Below are positions 1 through 12,520 of a stretch of DNA of 64,000 nt, piece by piece. The notes beneath the pieces are model-generated. The model ran no database searches and was not told the DNA's origin. It was given only the letters and a program-made list of their open reading frames with translations. The stretch lies in the NCBI GenBank assembly GCA_013115145.1, contig JAAPAO010000120.1, positions 6,750-70,749 on the forward strand, in the 5' to 3' direction. The DNA is from Perkinsus chesapeaki ATCC PRA-425. Taxonomy: Eukaryota > Protista > Perkinsozoa. Each line of letters opens with the position of its first letter. The stretch's first letter is position 1. Both the position numbers and the translations under genes were made by a program.

Positions 1-409
1 TCTTTCCCTGAGGGAATCATTCCCTGCACAGCCCGGAGCTCTGCTGGTTCGAAGCTCAATCGGCCGAGCGTAACGGGTTCGCTCGTCTCCGAGGAACGGT
101 CGAAAGCAATGGTTAGTAGGATGAACACTCGAGGATTTTTCATGACGACTGTCAGGCTGACTATCAGAAGTTGCTGGATTTGGTCGACTGGGGGGACGCC
201 GAGTGTGTCGAGGCATTCCTCCAAGCTACAGGGATGTCCCCAAAGGAATGCTTCTATGTAAGCGCTTATCTAACGAGCCCTAACCAACTGCCGGTTTGTA
301 GGGTTATCCAACCCTTGAGTCCTGGCTCGGGGAGTGCGTGCTAAAGCATGAAGACGGTTCAGTAGGTGAAGAGACTGAGGAGCTGCATCAAGTTTCAAGT
401 GCAAGTTAA
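1..409 (+). CDS. 3' end of a spliced hypothetical protein gene (truncated by window start)
   Basis: Exon-like frames (YQKLLDLVDWGDAECVEAFLQATGMSQRNASM / GYPTLESWLGECVLKHEDG...SSAS*) joined by a gtaagc...ttgtag intron; stop TAA at 407-409. No family recognised. Confidence 0.4.
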
Positions 410-578
410 CGAGGTTGTTTTCTTATGTTTACCTATTGGCTCCCCTTTGTCCTATAACGTCACGTCACATTTGATAAGCCTGCATCAAGCCGTAGTGTTG
501 TGTGCATTAGCCGCTCTAATTCCCATCTTGTGCTCTTATTTCATTGTATTGGCAGTGGACGTTACTGACGTTGCTTTA

Positions 579-3007
579 ATGGCGGCATCGAGCGGCCTCA
601 GGTTGCTCCTAGTGCTCTTTTCGCCGTTTATTTTCGCATCCTATACTTTGGAGCCCCCTTCGGACTTGGTGAACGTCCTAGCCGGAACTTTGAACACCAA
701 TGCGATATCCACTGGTGGTAACATGCCCATCATTGCTAGACCTTTCGGGTTCAATCATTGGTCGATTGTCACCGACACTAGCAGAGAAGAAAGAGGATTC
801 TCCCCATCTTCAGTGGATTTCTACGGCATCATCTGCACACATAAACCGTCTTTCTGGATTGGCGACTACGGCTACTTCATGCTGCTTCCTAGAGTCCACA
901 CGCATGCATCTTCATTCATTCCCAATAGCTTCGCGAGCCTTTTCAGACCCGACCAGGCGACCTACAAGCCCTACTACTTCCGCACTACTCTGGCGAATAG
1001 CCAATCAACAGCGGGGCAGGGCTACATTATTACAGAAATGACTCCAACAGAACATGCAGCAGTATTACGTTTCCAGTTTGTGTCAAAGGATGACAGAATC
1101 GTTCTTATCAGAGGTGTGAATCTCACTCTCCACAGCCAAAAGGATGATCCATCGAAGCTAGTGTTCGACACTACTGCTAATTCTGGTGGAGTGCCCGACA
1201 ACTTCCGCATGTTCATCGTTATCGATGCGATGCCTTCTCCCCAACCTGACATAAAGCAGCGGTCGTATGATGAAGCGTTTGAACTAAACTTCGGTTCGTC
1301 CAAGAATAGCGGAGAATTCGTAGAGCTGCGGATTGCGACTTCATTCATATCCGAAGAGCAGGCTTGGATAAATCTGGAAAATGAAGCCCCTCGGAGCTAC
1401 TCGTTCGATACCATTAAGGAAGCCGGCAAAAGCATTTGGGATGAGAGGCTGACTAGCGTGAAATTTGATCGCGGTGTGAATGGGTATACATTTCAACGTA
1501 CCTTCTATACCAATTACTATCGTTCTCTTCTATTCCCTCGATTATTAACGGAGACCAATGCATCTAATGTCGATGTACACTACAGCCCCTATACAGGAAA
1601 TATCCACGATGGAGAGCTCGCAACGGATAGTGGCTTCTGGGATTCCTATAATACAGTATATCTCTGGCTTGATATAGCGGCGCCTGACATGCTCAGTCGT
1701 ATTCTGAAAGGCTGGGTAAGCGCGTACAAAGAGGCCAAATGGCTCCCTACGTGGCCTTCACCAGGCGAGCGACAGTCTATGATTGGAACTATGGGAGATG
1801 TGGTAAGATAGTTAATTTATGACCAACTTGAAAATGTCTTGAACAGGTGTTTGCATGGGCTATTGTTGCCGATAAGGTCAACAGTCAGATGAAGTCTGTG
1901 ATGTATGAAGCCATCAGGCTAGATGCTTTTGGGGATTCGTCAGAAATTTCGCCATATGGGCGAGACTGCGGCGTGAAGGAATACAAAGAAAAAGTGTGCG
2001 TTACAGCAGAGGTTTGGTGATTCGTCGGACTAGTTGGCATTTATGCTCCTTGAATACCACTTATCAGGTACGTTGGGTATTTAGTATGCGGAGATTGTGT
2101 GTCGAGGGTTTTATATAATATGGTGGCTGATGCGGCCATTGCTGATGCAGCAGAGAAGATGGGAGAGCACGAGGATGCAGCAGCACTGCGAGAACGAGTA
2201 AACCGCGCCGTTGATGCCAACTGGAACGCTGATCTCGAACTATTCGGCCCACGCAAAGAAACGGGCGAGTGGGTGAGTATATCTAACAAGACTTGGACTG
2301 TTAAAGGTTACACTGAAGGAGGCGCTTTGCAATACCGCTTCTACTTACCTTTCAATGTTCCAAGGCTGGCAGAACTTTACGGTGGCAAGGACAAGTTATG
2401 TCGGAGAATCCACGAGCATTTCAGTACCAAAGAGCTCCCGTTGTTCGAGCCTTTAGACGGCTGGTCCGTGTCCCACGAGCAAGCCGAGCTTAGCTTAATC
2501 AGCCACAGTTTCGGTCAATACGCTCATAACAATCAACCTTCTCATCACGTCCTTGGAGTAGCTTTAACTGCTGGCTGTGAGACTACGGCTGATGAGAATA
2601 TGAGGAAGGTCCTCGAAGAGCTTTATAACCCAGATGGATGGGCCGGCGATGAAGACAATGGGGAGATGTCGGCTTGGTTCTTGCTTAACGCTATTGGCAT
2701 TTTCATGGTGGACTTCGGCAAAGATGAACTATTACTGTTTTCGCCAATGGTGATCGGTTCTATTTACATTCAGTCGATGAATTTGACGATTGAATCATAT
2801 ACCACTTCCGAGAAGCCATGCGATAGATGTCCTTATGTATGTTCAATTAGATGGTTTCCTCATCTAACCTCACCACGAAGGTCGCCGAAAGGCGTAGGTC
2901 CTACTGAGGGGCAACTTTTGTCCGGCAGGACACTTCCTCGATCTGAAGTGGAGAAGGGTGGTAGAATACTTTTTCAACTCTCCTCTGTACCATGTAGCAG
3001 TCTTTGA
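579..3007 (+). CDS. Secreted glycoside hydrolase family 92 alpha-1,2-mannosidase
   Basis: Signal-peptide-like N-terminus (MAASSGLRLLLVLFSPFIFA). GH92 motifs: PFGFNHWS, THKPSFWIGDYG, EMTPTEHAAVLRF, FYTNYYRSLLFPR, GFWDSYNTV, WLPTW, MIGT, YTEG..QYRF, GQYAHNNQPSHH, GDEDNGEMSAWFLLNAIGIF. Two short introns near 1803-1846 and about 1995-2067. Confidence 0.9.
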
Positions 3008-4937
3008 GGCTCCCATTCTGGGAGTCCGATATCCATGAACTGATTTCCAGTTTTCATGACTATTTCTAATGAGTCTAATGTCTTATTACCAAGTCACGTG
3101 ATTCGAACGAACGTAGCTGAAATTACGGTGGTGGCCTTGCACGTGACGATTAAGATCACGCTCGCTTTCGCTGTCGTGGGATGATTTTTTATCAATTTAC
3201 TTCGTTTGTCTCTTTCGAGTTGCGTTACTTGTATCAAAGAAATAATAGTATTGATGTAGAATGATGCGTAGATGAGCGTGACGGCCTACTGTTTTCATGT
3301 TCCATCACGTCATTTACGACCAAGAAAAGGTTGTCACGGGAAGCTGTTGATTCTCCAGGGCCAGGAGGAAAAACTTGGCAAACTATTGTCTGGTTTGCCC
3401 GACGCCCAGACCAACTTCCAGCGAACAAAGTGTCCTATTTAAAGTGGTACTGCACGTTTCGGTCACGACAGGCGCATGCTAGAGTGATTGATCCAAGACT
3501 AAGGGTTGCCTCTATATCCGAAGTAGATTCTCTAACGATTCAACAACTTAAATCGACTTGCAGGGAGCTGCGCACCACAGAAGGACCGCAAACTCGTGGG
3601 AAAGGCTCTATGAACGAGCGTATCGGAGAGGACCAGTTCTGCTCGTATCCCCAGCTCGCTAAGTGATGGGCCACACCTACACAAGAATGCGGCTTCACGA
3701 GATCCCTTTTAAAACTCCACGACCGTGGAAAATCGTTGCTAGACCCTCCCCGTCACTTCAAATTGGAAAAACTTCGAACGATCACTTGGCAATTAGGATG
3801 TGAAGGATACCGACCTCGTGGCACGAGCCTCAGCCAGATTTTGGTGGCTCCATGGTATGGCACATGTTCTCCAGCTAGCTCATAGGTGCTTACCTAAGAA
3901 CTCACTCCCCGGTTGTACGTGTACGTAGATCAACTTTGGACTACTCTACGCTGAATCCATGCTGAAAAAAGCCTACAGCAGCAAACGCCGATGTTATTCG
4001 TAGCATTTGTGTTTATGCCAGTGCAGCCTCCCTTCCTCGCTCTTTGTGGTGCTTCCTTGTTTCCATTGCCTTTCTCCTCGGGGTTCATGATGGTTAATGC
4101 GTGAGCATGCAGTGCGTCGCACAGGCGAGTGGGAGCGAATCGTTTCCGGTCGTTTGCGTATAAGCGGATTTGGGCCCTCTCATTTGTTACAAGAGCTCCG
4201 TGAATCGCAGTTACTACACATTACTACACATTTACACTTGACAGTTGCCTTTGGCGGCGCATTTGGTATTAGCAACCATCGATTTATCGACTCATAACCG
4301 TACTTTTTCCGATGATGGATGATAAAGAATCAATAAGCATCGGACGAAGCATAGCTCTAGATTGATTCCCCCTCAGTAGAGCACTGGAAGTTGAGCGCAC
4401 CCCTGAAGCGCCGTCTGTTGATATCAGGAAGTATTTTTGACGCCGCAGTCTCACCACGCCACTCGAAATCATTTGATTTAAGGAGCCGGGAGCCGACATC
4501 TGCAAGCAGCAGATGCAACTTGTGACGCGTAAGAACATAATCAGCACGCGAATTTCAGCAGTACTATACACGTTGTATAACTCTGAGAGCGACTCTTAGG
4601 TTGATATATCTTATCTGAAACCTTCCTTTCGCTCAATCTAGAAAATTTCTCGAGCGACCACTTGGCAACTGTAGCGCGGAAGATATCGGGCGCGCGGACA
4701 CAAGCCTCATGCTACCGAGCTTCAGCCATGCTTATTGCTATGATATTCCTACCAGGAATAGCGAGCAATCGATCGTCCGAAGAGCTTAAGTTCGGACTCA
4801 TTCGAAACTCGGCGGGGGGTTAATTGTTAAACGCCTGACTTTGGAATTTCGGCATTGCCGAACAGGCGAAGTTCCAATTCAGGCTTACGTTCATGCGAAA
4901 GCTATTTCTAGAGTAATCAGTTACCTTGTTGTTACGC

Positions 4938-5699
4938 ATGTCCACCTTTCTGGTCTTTGCTGGCATTTTTTTCTCCGTCCTGGAGGTCAACAACGCCCAA
5001 GAAGTGGGCAGATATGTTCTGGATACTCCAGCTTATTATATGTTCTTTGATGTGGGCGAGGATAAGTCAGTGTATCTGGACTTCCGTTGTAAAGAGAGCA
5101 GCTCCTTCAAGGATACTTTCGAAGACGGCCCCTATCCTCTCATTGAAGGCTCTGGTACACAACAGTATACGATTGACTTCAGCCTCGTTCGAGAAGGCTC
5201 TGCTTACTGGTATGGTGGAATCAGGTCGGTCTGTAATGACATCAAGCCCATCGGTGGTGATTTAACCCGTCTCTCCTACTCGAACAGTGACGAACTGCAT
5301 ACCCAATTCCTGGGACAAGACAAGACATTCAAAAGGTACGCCCATGAGCTAACTTCGGGCTCGTTCAAGTATACTTCTAAAAGTGCAGCCAATCCTGATG
5401 GTATTACTATTCACTATAAAGTCCGTAGTGACTCCATAGTTGAAATGGACGCTGAATGCTCTGGACGGTCTACAAGCATTTTTGCATTCCGTCTGGAACG
5501 TAACGACGATCGCTTCCAGTTCACAACGTATGATGTGGTGGATGCCGGTCGTGGCCCTGTGAGCAAGTTTCATGACAAAGTCAGATGGGCGTGTCCCAAT
5601 GTCCTTCACTCATTAGACTTTGGGTATCTGGTCTTCGCCACTGACTCCACCATATTCTCTGAGCTAGGTGGTGCTCGCATATCGCTCCGCAGGGAGTGA
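4938..5699 (+). CDS. Intronless secreted hypothetical protein with two roughly 120-aa beta-rich repeats
   Basis: Signal peptide MSTFLVFAGIFFSVLEVNNA. Two similar halves (GRYVLD..YMFFDVGEDKSVYLDFRC / GSFKYT..ITIHYKVRSDSIVEMDAEC). Resembles expanded secreted families of Perkinsus (recollection, not a search result). Confidence 0.75.
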   Translation: MSTFLVFAGIFFSVLEVNNAQEVGRYVLDTPAYYMFFDVGEDKSVYLDFRCKESSSFKDTFEDGPYPLIEGSGTQQYTIDFSLVREGSAYWYGGIRSVCNDIKPIGGDLTRLSYSNSDELHTQFLGQDKTFKRYAHELTSGSFKYTSKSAANPDGITIHYKVRSDSIVEMDAECSGRSTSIFAFRLERNDDRFQFTTYDVVDAGRGPVSKFHDKVRWACPNVLHSLDFGYLVFATDSTIFSELGGARISLRRE

Positions 5700-5748
5700 C
5701 TTATGTTGGCCATACTTTCTCAACTTGTTATTATGATGATATGTTACG

Positions 5749-7820
5749 CTAAGAGATGATATCATCATCCTCAGCCTCATAGAGGGCCTCTATTTGAGGC
5801 ATTGTCGTGTCAGTCTTATCAAAAGTCTTAACCAGCTGGTCGAGGACCCCTAAAAAATCGTCCCGATTTCCAGCATTGTATTGAAACCCCAATGAGAGCC
5901 TTAGGCCTTCACTGGGTGTTGAAAACTCGTTCGATGGCAACCTAGATACGTTAAGGTTTGGAAATACTGTATGGAGTGATCATATCGTTGCTATTCTTAC
6001 CCAGCAGCTGATCACCGTTGCTCTTATTCGCCATTGATACATTCACAAGCACACACGGGTTTGCGTTTTATGGATGAGTTCATGTAATAAACATGTTATG
6101 ATTAACTCACATCCCCTTCTTCCGAGAGGATAGCGATTCATAGGACAGATGTCGGTGCTTTGGCACGATATACCATTCGGTACGCCGACCTTAAGTCCTT
6201 GTATTCCGCCGGCTGGGCGGGGCCAGAGCGCCCCAGCCTACTAGGAACCAAACACCCTTTATGTATATTGATGCGGACAGTTGGGGATGATAATCTAATT
6301 GAGCATGTTAATACTCTGAATTCACGGTATGGCTCAGTACGCATATTGCGTAGATCAAGAAGCTCTCGTTAAAAGAGGGTACTTCCGGGATAATATTAGC
6401 CACTTTTGTGGACTTCTCCGCAGACTGGAGCTCGCCTTCACCCATTCGGCCACTCTCCACCGAAGTCGGACAGCAGCAGCCTGAGAACCTAATGTGTCAA
6501 ACCGACTTAACAGCGTATTACTGAACCAAGAATATGACATCGCATTAAGTGGTAGGCTTCCGGCGAGGCTTGCGCTTCATTCAAAGCTCTGGATGCAAAC
6601 TGCCGAGCGGTCCGTAGTATTCCGATCATATCGGCAAGTATCGGTGCTGATCGAGCAGCAGAATGACGAGCCGAAGCTAGCGAGAAGGCTCACCAAATCC
6701 ATCAATTGATGAGTTGTCTTCATCGCCTACTTCAGCCAGCTGGAGGAGCCTGCAGTCGACCTCGAGGGAATGTGCGCGTCTTTGAACCACTCTAGGGGAT
6801 AGGCCTATTAGCCTGGCGCATATTCCTGCTAAAAATAGACCTTGAGTGCCACACAGCTATGCTACCAATAACGGAAGTATAAGGTTTGATGCTAGTGCAT
6901 CCATCCTCGCTATCTTGAGGGGTTCCCCTGTTATAATCGTCCACCTGTACGATTCTACCTAAAGTTCAGTTACTCTGTTGTATTTGGGAGCAAGGGAAAT
7001 GTTACCTCCGATGCAACGACTGTATCTGAGACGGGGAGAGTCTTCGGCGACTGCGTGAACTTGACCGATCTCACATTGTGCCGTGATGTATCTCATTCTG
7101 CATGATAAATGGTGGGAGCCAGCTCGACTGTGCCACGATAAGAAGGATGTGTGGACAGTCCGGATCCCTCTGAGACAATCACAGCATAAGACGAAAAGAC
7201 AGGTTCGATACCATGGTCTGATGGCCTTGCTTCTCCATAAGAAACGCCAACCTGTCCGTGAGCCTTCCCGTCTCGAACTCGTTAAAGGGACGTCTCTCAG
7301 GCAAAGTCGCCGTCGAATTCTGGCCTCCTGATACCAGCATGGCACACATCACCCACAGGCACTTACCATAAGAACTAAGTTTCGTGGATGCATTGCCGCC
7401 GCTCCATCCTTCGTCGCGTCCATACTGATCATCCTCGTAACTTGTAGTACCCGGCAGTCTTTCAAACTCCCTGGCATCGGCTGCGGTAGACTCTGTCTCC
7501 TCTGGCCAAGTTCTGCTGCTTTGAGAACCCTCCTGCAGTCTTTTGTATCCAGTGCCCCATCGGCTGTTGCCCGCTCACCATTTCGTGGTGCCAGCCAGTC
7601 CACCCGTGATCGTTTGTAACCATCTTCGCCTTGGCCATAGCCCTATCGAGCGGCCCCAAGAACACACAGCTAGCGAAGGGTCCCTGCAGCTCAAGTACGT
7701 CGGGAGAGTCTCAGACCACTTTACAGAGTCAAGCCCCTGCATTGGGGCTGTAGCATTATTCAGACCCCAGGGCTTCTCAGGAGCTTCGACTCCCGGAGGA
7801 GGTTGCTCTCGGAAATACAT
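5749..7820 (-). CDS. Multi-exon hypothetical protein
   Basis: Chain of GT-AG-bounded exons that splice in frame (e.g. ...GGNASTKLSSY|GGQNSTATLPERRPFNEFETGRLTDR); last exon ends ...QIEALYEAEDDDIIS*. Not all junctions resolved; no family recognised. Confidence 0.45.
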
Positions 7821-8073
7821 TCCTATTATAATAGGTAGTTGTTATTGACCAACGCAACGCCTAGGTGGGATAAGGAATATTCACTCAGGTGTAAACTACA
7901 GTCGAGATTGCATCACAAATGTTCCAGGTAGCACTATTATGAATCAATAACAAAACCACGACTACCAAGTAAGAGTCGCACCTCAGGCCTCGAGGACACC
8001 CCTGGACTTCAGACCATCGCGCAGTAGCTCATACCTATGCAAACATTCACGGAGGAAGACGCACCGAAGAGCG

Positions 8074-9939
8074 TTACAATTGTAGCTGCTCTGAGTCTGA
8101 AAGTTGCATGACCTTCTCCAGCAGATTAGTGAAGGCCGCCGCGCTGTCGGCTACCACGAAGTTGGTGAGATAGACGTACGTGAACATACCCATCACAACC
8201 TGACAATGCTGAGTGAGAAAGAGAGTGCCCGCCGGGAGGACCGACCTGACAATCGAAGCGATCAGTGAGGCCACCATGACCGGGAATAGAATCGCCAAAG
8301 TCCTTGATCTTGAAAGCTCTCTTGAAGCCTGAAGCCAGGAACCCACCGAAGGGCGCCACTAGAGATGCAAATATACCGAGGACCTGATAACACGCTTGGA
8401 AGAATGAAAGGAGAATATAGAAGTCGGTGAATAGAGAGTTCAAGAGGATGCTACCAAAGCATGGATCTGCATATCAGTCAGTTGCACTTCGATGCCGAAT
8501 GGCGGTATAGTGTACCTAGGGTCATCAGATATTGGGAAGGAGTTACGGAAGGAGCGGTATGAGCTTACGTTCGGAATACAGTGTAGATCTCATCTGGTGT
8601 GCAGTGGGGATAAACGAAGGGCTTAAATACGATCTCCTCTTGTTTGCAAGTGAAGTACTCGTACTTTTGAAGGAAAGAACACCAGACTGAGAACAACTAT
8701 CCACAAGGCCGGGAAGCTAAAGCTAAGTACTAATGGCAAATATCATAGTGGCGAAGGAGCCGCCGATAAAGCCTTCCCAGGTCTTCTTAGGAGATAATTT
8801 TATAAGGGGATGATCTGATCGATGAGACCGGCATCACCGTGCAGCAGCTACAGCGAGGAAACTTACGGCCAAAGAAGAAGCCGAAAAGATAAGCAAAGAT
8901 ATCATTAACAATAACCAGGGATGTGGGCAAGAAGAACCAGATGAGCCCATTGTAGATGTTAGCAGTCATGGCGATGCCTTGGACCTGCACGAGGGAAAAT
9001 GAGGGAAAATGAGAGAGGGAAATACCTACCACGACTATGACAAGGGTAACAATAGTCCAAGCCAACTGCCCAAACTGATATCGCAGGGTGTATCTGAGGT
9101 AAGATTGTAGAAAAGAGCGGTATGAGAATACAAAGGGAAGCTCACTTTCGCAGACTCAAGACGAATGCCACGAGACCGATTATCAAAAGAGTGTATGAGA
9201 TGACTCCGTGGTATTTAACAATAAAGTGGATGGAAGGGTACACCATAGCCAGACGGTCGAATCGGTCTGTCATGAAACGCTTATATCTGAACAGGACCCC
9301 AACTTGAGCTATTTTGTATCTTTCATATCCTACCCAATAAATACAGTGACAAAGAAGAGGTACCAGCGGAGAGAATAAAACAATGGAAGCTGCAGGTCCT
9401 TCTCCTTGTTACGCTTAAGCATGCATATCTCTTGAAACATGCCAGCTGCAATACCGAGTACCTGATACCAACTTTACCTCCTCCACCCCTAGGGCGGCTA
9501 TTACCAATAATGAACAATAGAAATGTCCCATGGCCACTACCAGCATGAAACCGGATATCATGATGACAGCCCAGAATGTTCGAACTTTAAGGTTCTTCAT
9601 CTTGCTCGCTGAAAGATTCCAATCCTTCCAACTTTTTTAGATCCTCCTAGTACCCATGGGCTTGTCTGCTGACAGCTGGCCTGTCGCGGTCCCGGCGGCC
9701 GAAGCGGCCCGTTCATCCCTCTCCTCTTTAGTGAGCAGCTCATGCTTCTGAACGGTCCTCTCTGAGACAGCTCCATAATACCATCACTTCGCCACGAATT
9801 CACCTCTGGCAGCAGAGCTGTCCCACTCAGAATCATCATCTGGCTCTGTCTGTGATAGAAGATCTCTCTCGGTGCTAACACGTCTCTGCCTCAAGCTAGA
9901 GGCCTCCTCCACCGCCGATTGCTGTTTTTTACTAGGCAT
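8074..9939 (-). CDS. CDS1: Phosphatidate cytidylyltransferase (CDP-diacylglycerol synthase)
   Basis: Spliced frames give [53 protein letters not shown] and [42 protein letters not shown] (eukaryotic CDS signature). ATG at 9939, TAA at 8074. Confidence 0.93.
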
Positions 9940-10490
9940 TTTATTCCAACTACACAAAGCACCCCACCAGACCTTGAATCGTTAAAGACTCAACGACAAG
10001 CAATTAGGAGAAACATACACTATAGCTTCGCACTTAATGGTGACGGGAGGCTGCCCGGTTATCACGGAACCTGAACCGGCTCTTTAATAAGGGCAACGAA
10101 GTGGAATTATCCTTACTGTTGGACCTTCCCTACGACCTTATCTTTCATCGTTTTGGTGCCTTCTATACAGGGATCGAAGCACGGCCTGAATGCTGACGAA
10201 CAACTGGGCAATGTCGGTCAATATTGTAGCCTACTGTCTCCTTTATATGTCCCTACAGCAATGCCGACAATGAGGCCCACACAGAGCTCGATAATCATCA
10301 CCAACGGAGATCACCAACAAAAACTACATAAGAACTATGTAGACTGGAAAACTCAAGCCCACAAGATAAAGGAAAGGAGTGATATTCTGCTTAGTGTTTG
10401 GCTTAGTAACCATCCCTCCATAGCATTCTTCTCAATATGGTAGTACCACACCCCTCCCTGTAATAATTATACGTCAGATCAGACTGCTGC

Positions 10491-12297
10491 TTAGATCAGA
10501 TCGGCAACATTCATAGGCATCTCATCGATCTGGGTGGAGTAGTACCTGAGCAGCAAAGCCTTGGTCCAGAAACCACCGAAGGTTAAGCATTAGTACTGTT
10601 CGATATCTCTCAGGATCCTCACATCATCCTCCTTCACGAAGTTGATGGCGACACCCTTACGACCGAAACGACCAGATCGACCGATACGGTGAATGTACCT
10701 TTTAACGAGAATGATAATATGGAGCTTCGCTCCCCCTTTTTACAATTCACGATTATTAGGAAGATCATAGCAGATAACGAGGGACACTTGCTGGACATCC
10801 AGACCGCGACCCCAGATATCGGTGGTGATCAAAACTCGGGCCTGGCCGGACCTGATCGATTCACAAAAATAAGAAAAAGATGGTATGAGATGGTATCGCT
10901 TACCTGAACTTCTGCATAATAGCATCTCTCTCCTTTTGTGGCATATCGCCGTGCATTGAGACAACGGTGAAGTTAGCCTCCCTCATCTTATTGGCCAACC
11001 AGTCAACCTTCTGCTTCGTATTGCAGAATATAACAGCTTGAGTGATAGTAAGGGTGTCATAGAGATCGCATAGTGTATCGAACTTCCACTGTTCCTTCTC
11101 AACCGCCACGAAGAACTGTTTGATGCCTTCTAGCGTCAGCTCATCACGCTTTACGAGAACCCTACCGACAATCCAATCAACAAAGACCAAGTCCGGTGCT
11201 CCCCTACCTGAAGGGGTTGTTCATGAAGTTGTTAGTCATCTCAAGAATCTCGTTAGGCATGGTGGCCGATACCAGAACGCATTGGGTGCTCGGGGGGAGA
11301 TAGCGATAGATATCATAAACCTGACGCGGGAATATCTTTTCAGCTGCGAAGAGCTCCGAGCTGGTGACCTGTTCCTTGAAGCCTCTGTCCAACATTTCAT
11401 CGGCCTCATCAAGAACAAGCATTTTGAGATGCCTAGTTGACAGGTGACGCTGTGAGATCATATGATACACACGTCCGGGTGTGCCAGAGACAATATGGAC
11501 ACCGGCCTCCAAGGCACGGATGTCGTCGGTGAGCTTCTTGCCACCGACACAGCAGTGAACCTATCGAGACCAATAGAACAACAACCGGCTTGATAGTAGG
11601 AGAGACATACCTGGACGTTCATATAGTCTCCAAGGGCCAAGCAGACCTTCTGGCTCTGCTCGGCCAATTCACGAGTAGGGGATAGTATCAATACCTAAAC
11701 AAAAGGTTGCTGCTAGCTGGCACGTCTAGTACAAGGTACTTGGGGATCTCTCTCGGTAGGCTTGACAGTCTGCAATGCTCCCAGAGCGAAGACGCAGGTC
11801 TTACCGGTACCTTAATAACGCGGCGGTGAAGGGGCCTCGTAGGATGTTGTTAACAAGCCTTACCGGACTGACTCTGTACGACAACATCCCGTCCTTTGAT
11901 GATGGGTAAGATGGCACGTTGCTGGACGGCAGAGGGCCGCTCGAAACCGTATTGGTAGATACCACGGAGAAGGTCCTGAACAAAGGTAAGTTAGCAGTGG
12001 CAGCGGCCAGCACTAATACCTATAACAAACACGTCCCCTCGGGCCCCTCTTTATAGCACAATAACGATTAAGATACTATAGAGGAGACCAAGGGGCCAAG
12101 GGCCAAACGAGGGGCAACCGAAAAAGGATCATGTCCCCCATGAGCGCACCTCCTTCAATCCGAGGGCATCGAAGCTGTCTAGAACTTGAACATCTTCGCT
12201 GAAAGGGGAGTGCAATGGAGCTAAAAGATACGTTGGCCGAGGCGGCGCCTTACCTGGTCTCGAAGATGAGTTCGTGATCGTGCTCGTCAAGGCCCAT
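10491..12297 (-). CDS. EIF4A3: DEAD-box helicase eIF4A-III (exon junction complex core)
   Basis: FETSEDV N-terminus; [55 protein letters not shown]; eIF4A3-typical [25 protein letters not shown] and C-terminus [17 protein letters not shown]. Confidence 0.95.
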
Positions 12298-12520
12298 TAG
12301 ATGTGTAAGGTACGAAGGAGTCGGTAGGAGATAATAAACCCCTGATGGAAATAGTAGTGTCAAACTTAGATGACACGTGTTCAGTGATTAGGCGTTGAGG
12401 AAATGCAAGATCTGCGAGATTACGTAAGATTCCTCTTTTCGGTCCTCGGAAGTCTCTACAAGGTCGTGCGGGGATCACCGTTTGTATCCTAGTTTTTATC
12501 AGGATCGTTACACTAGCAAA

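Noticed and set aside
366-578. 71-aa N-terminal extension of the GH92 ORF in the track
   Set aside because: Starts at GTG within the upstream gene's last exon; ATG 579 gives a proper signal peptide.
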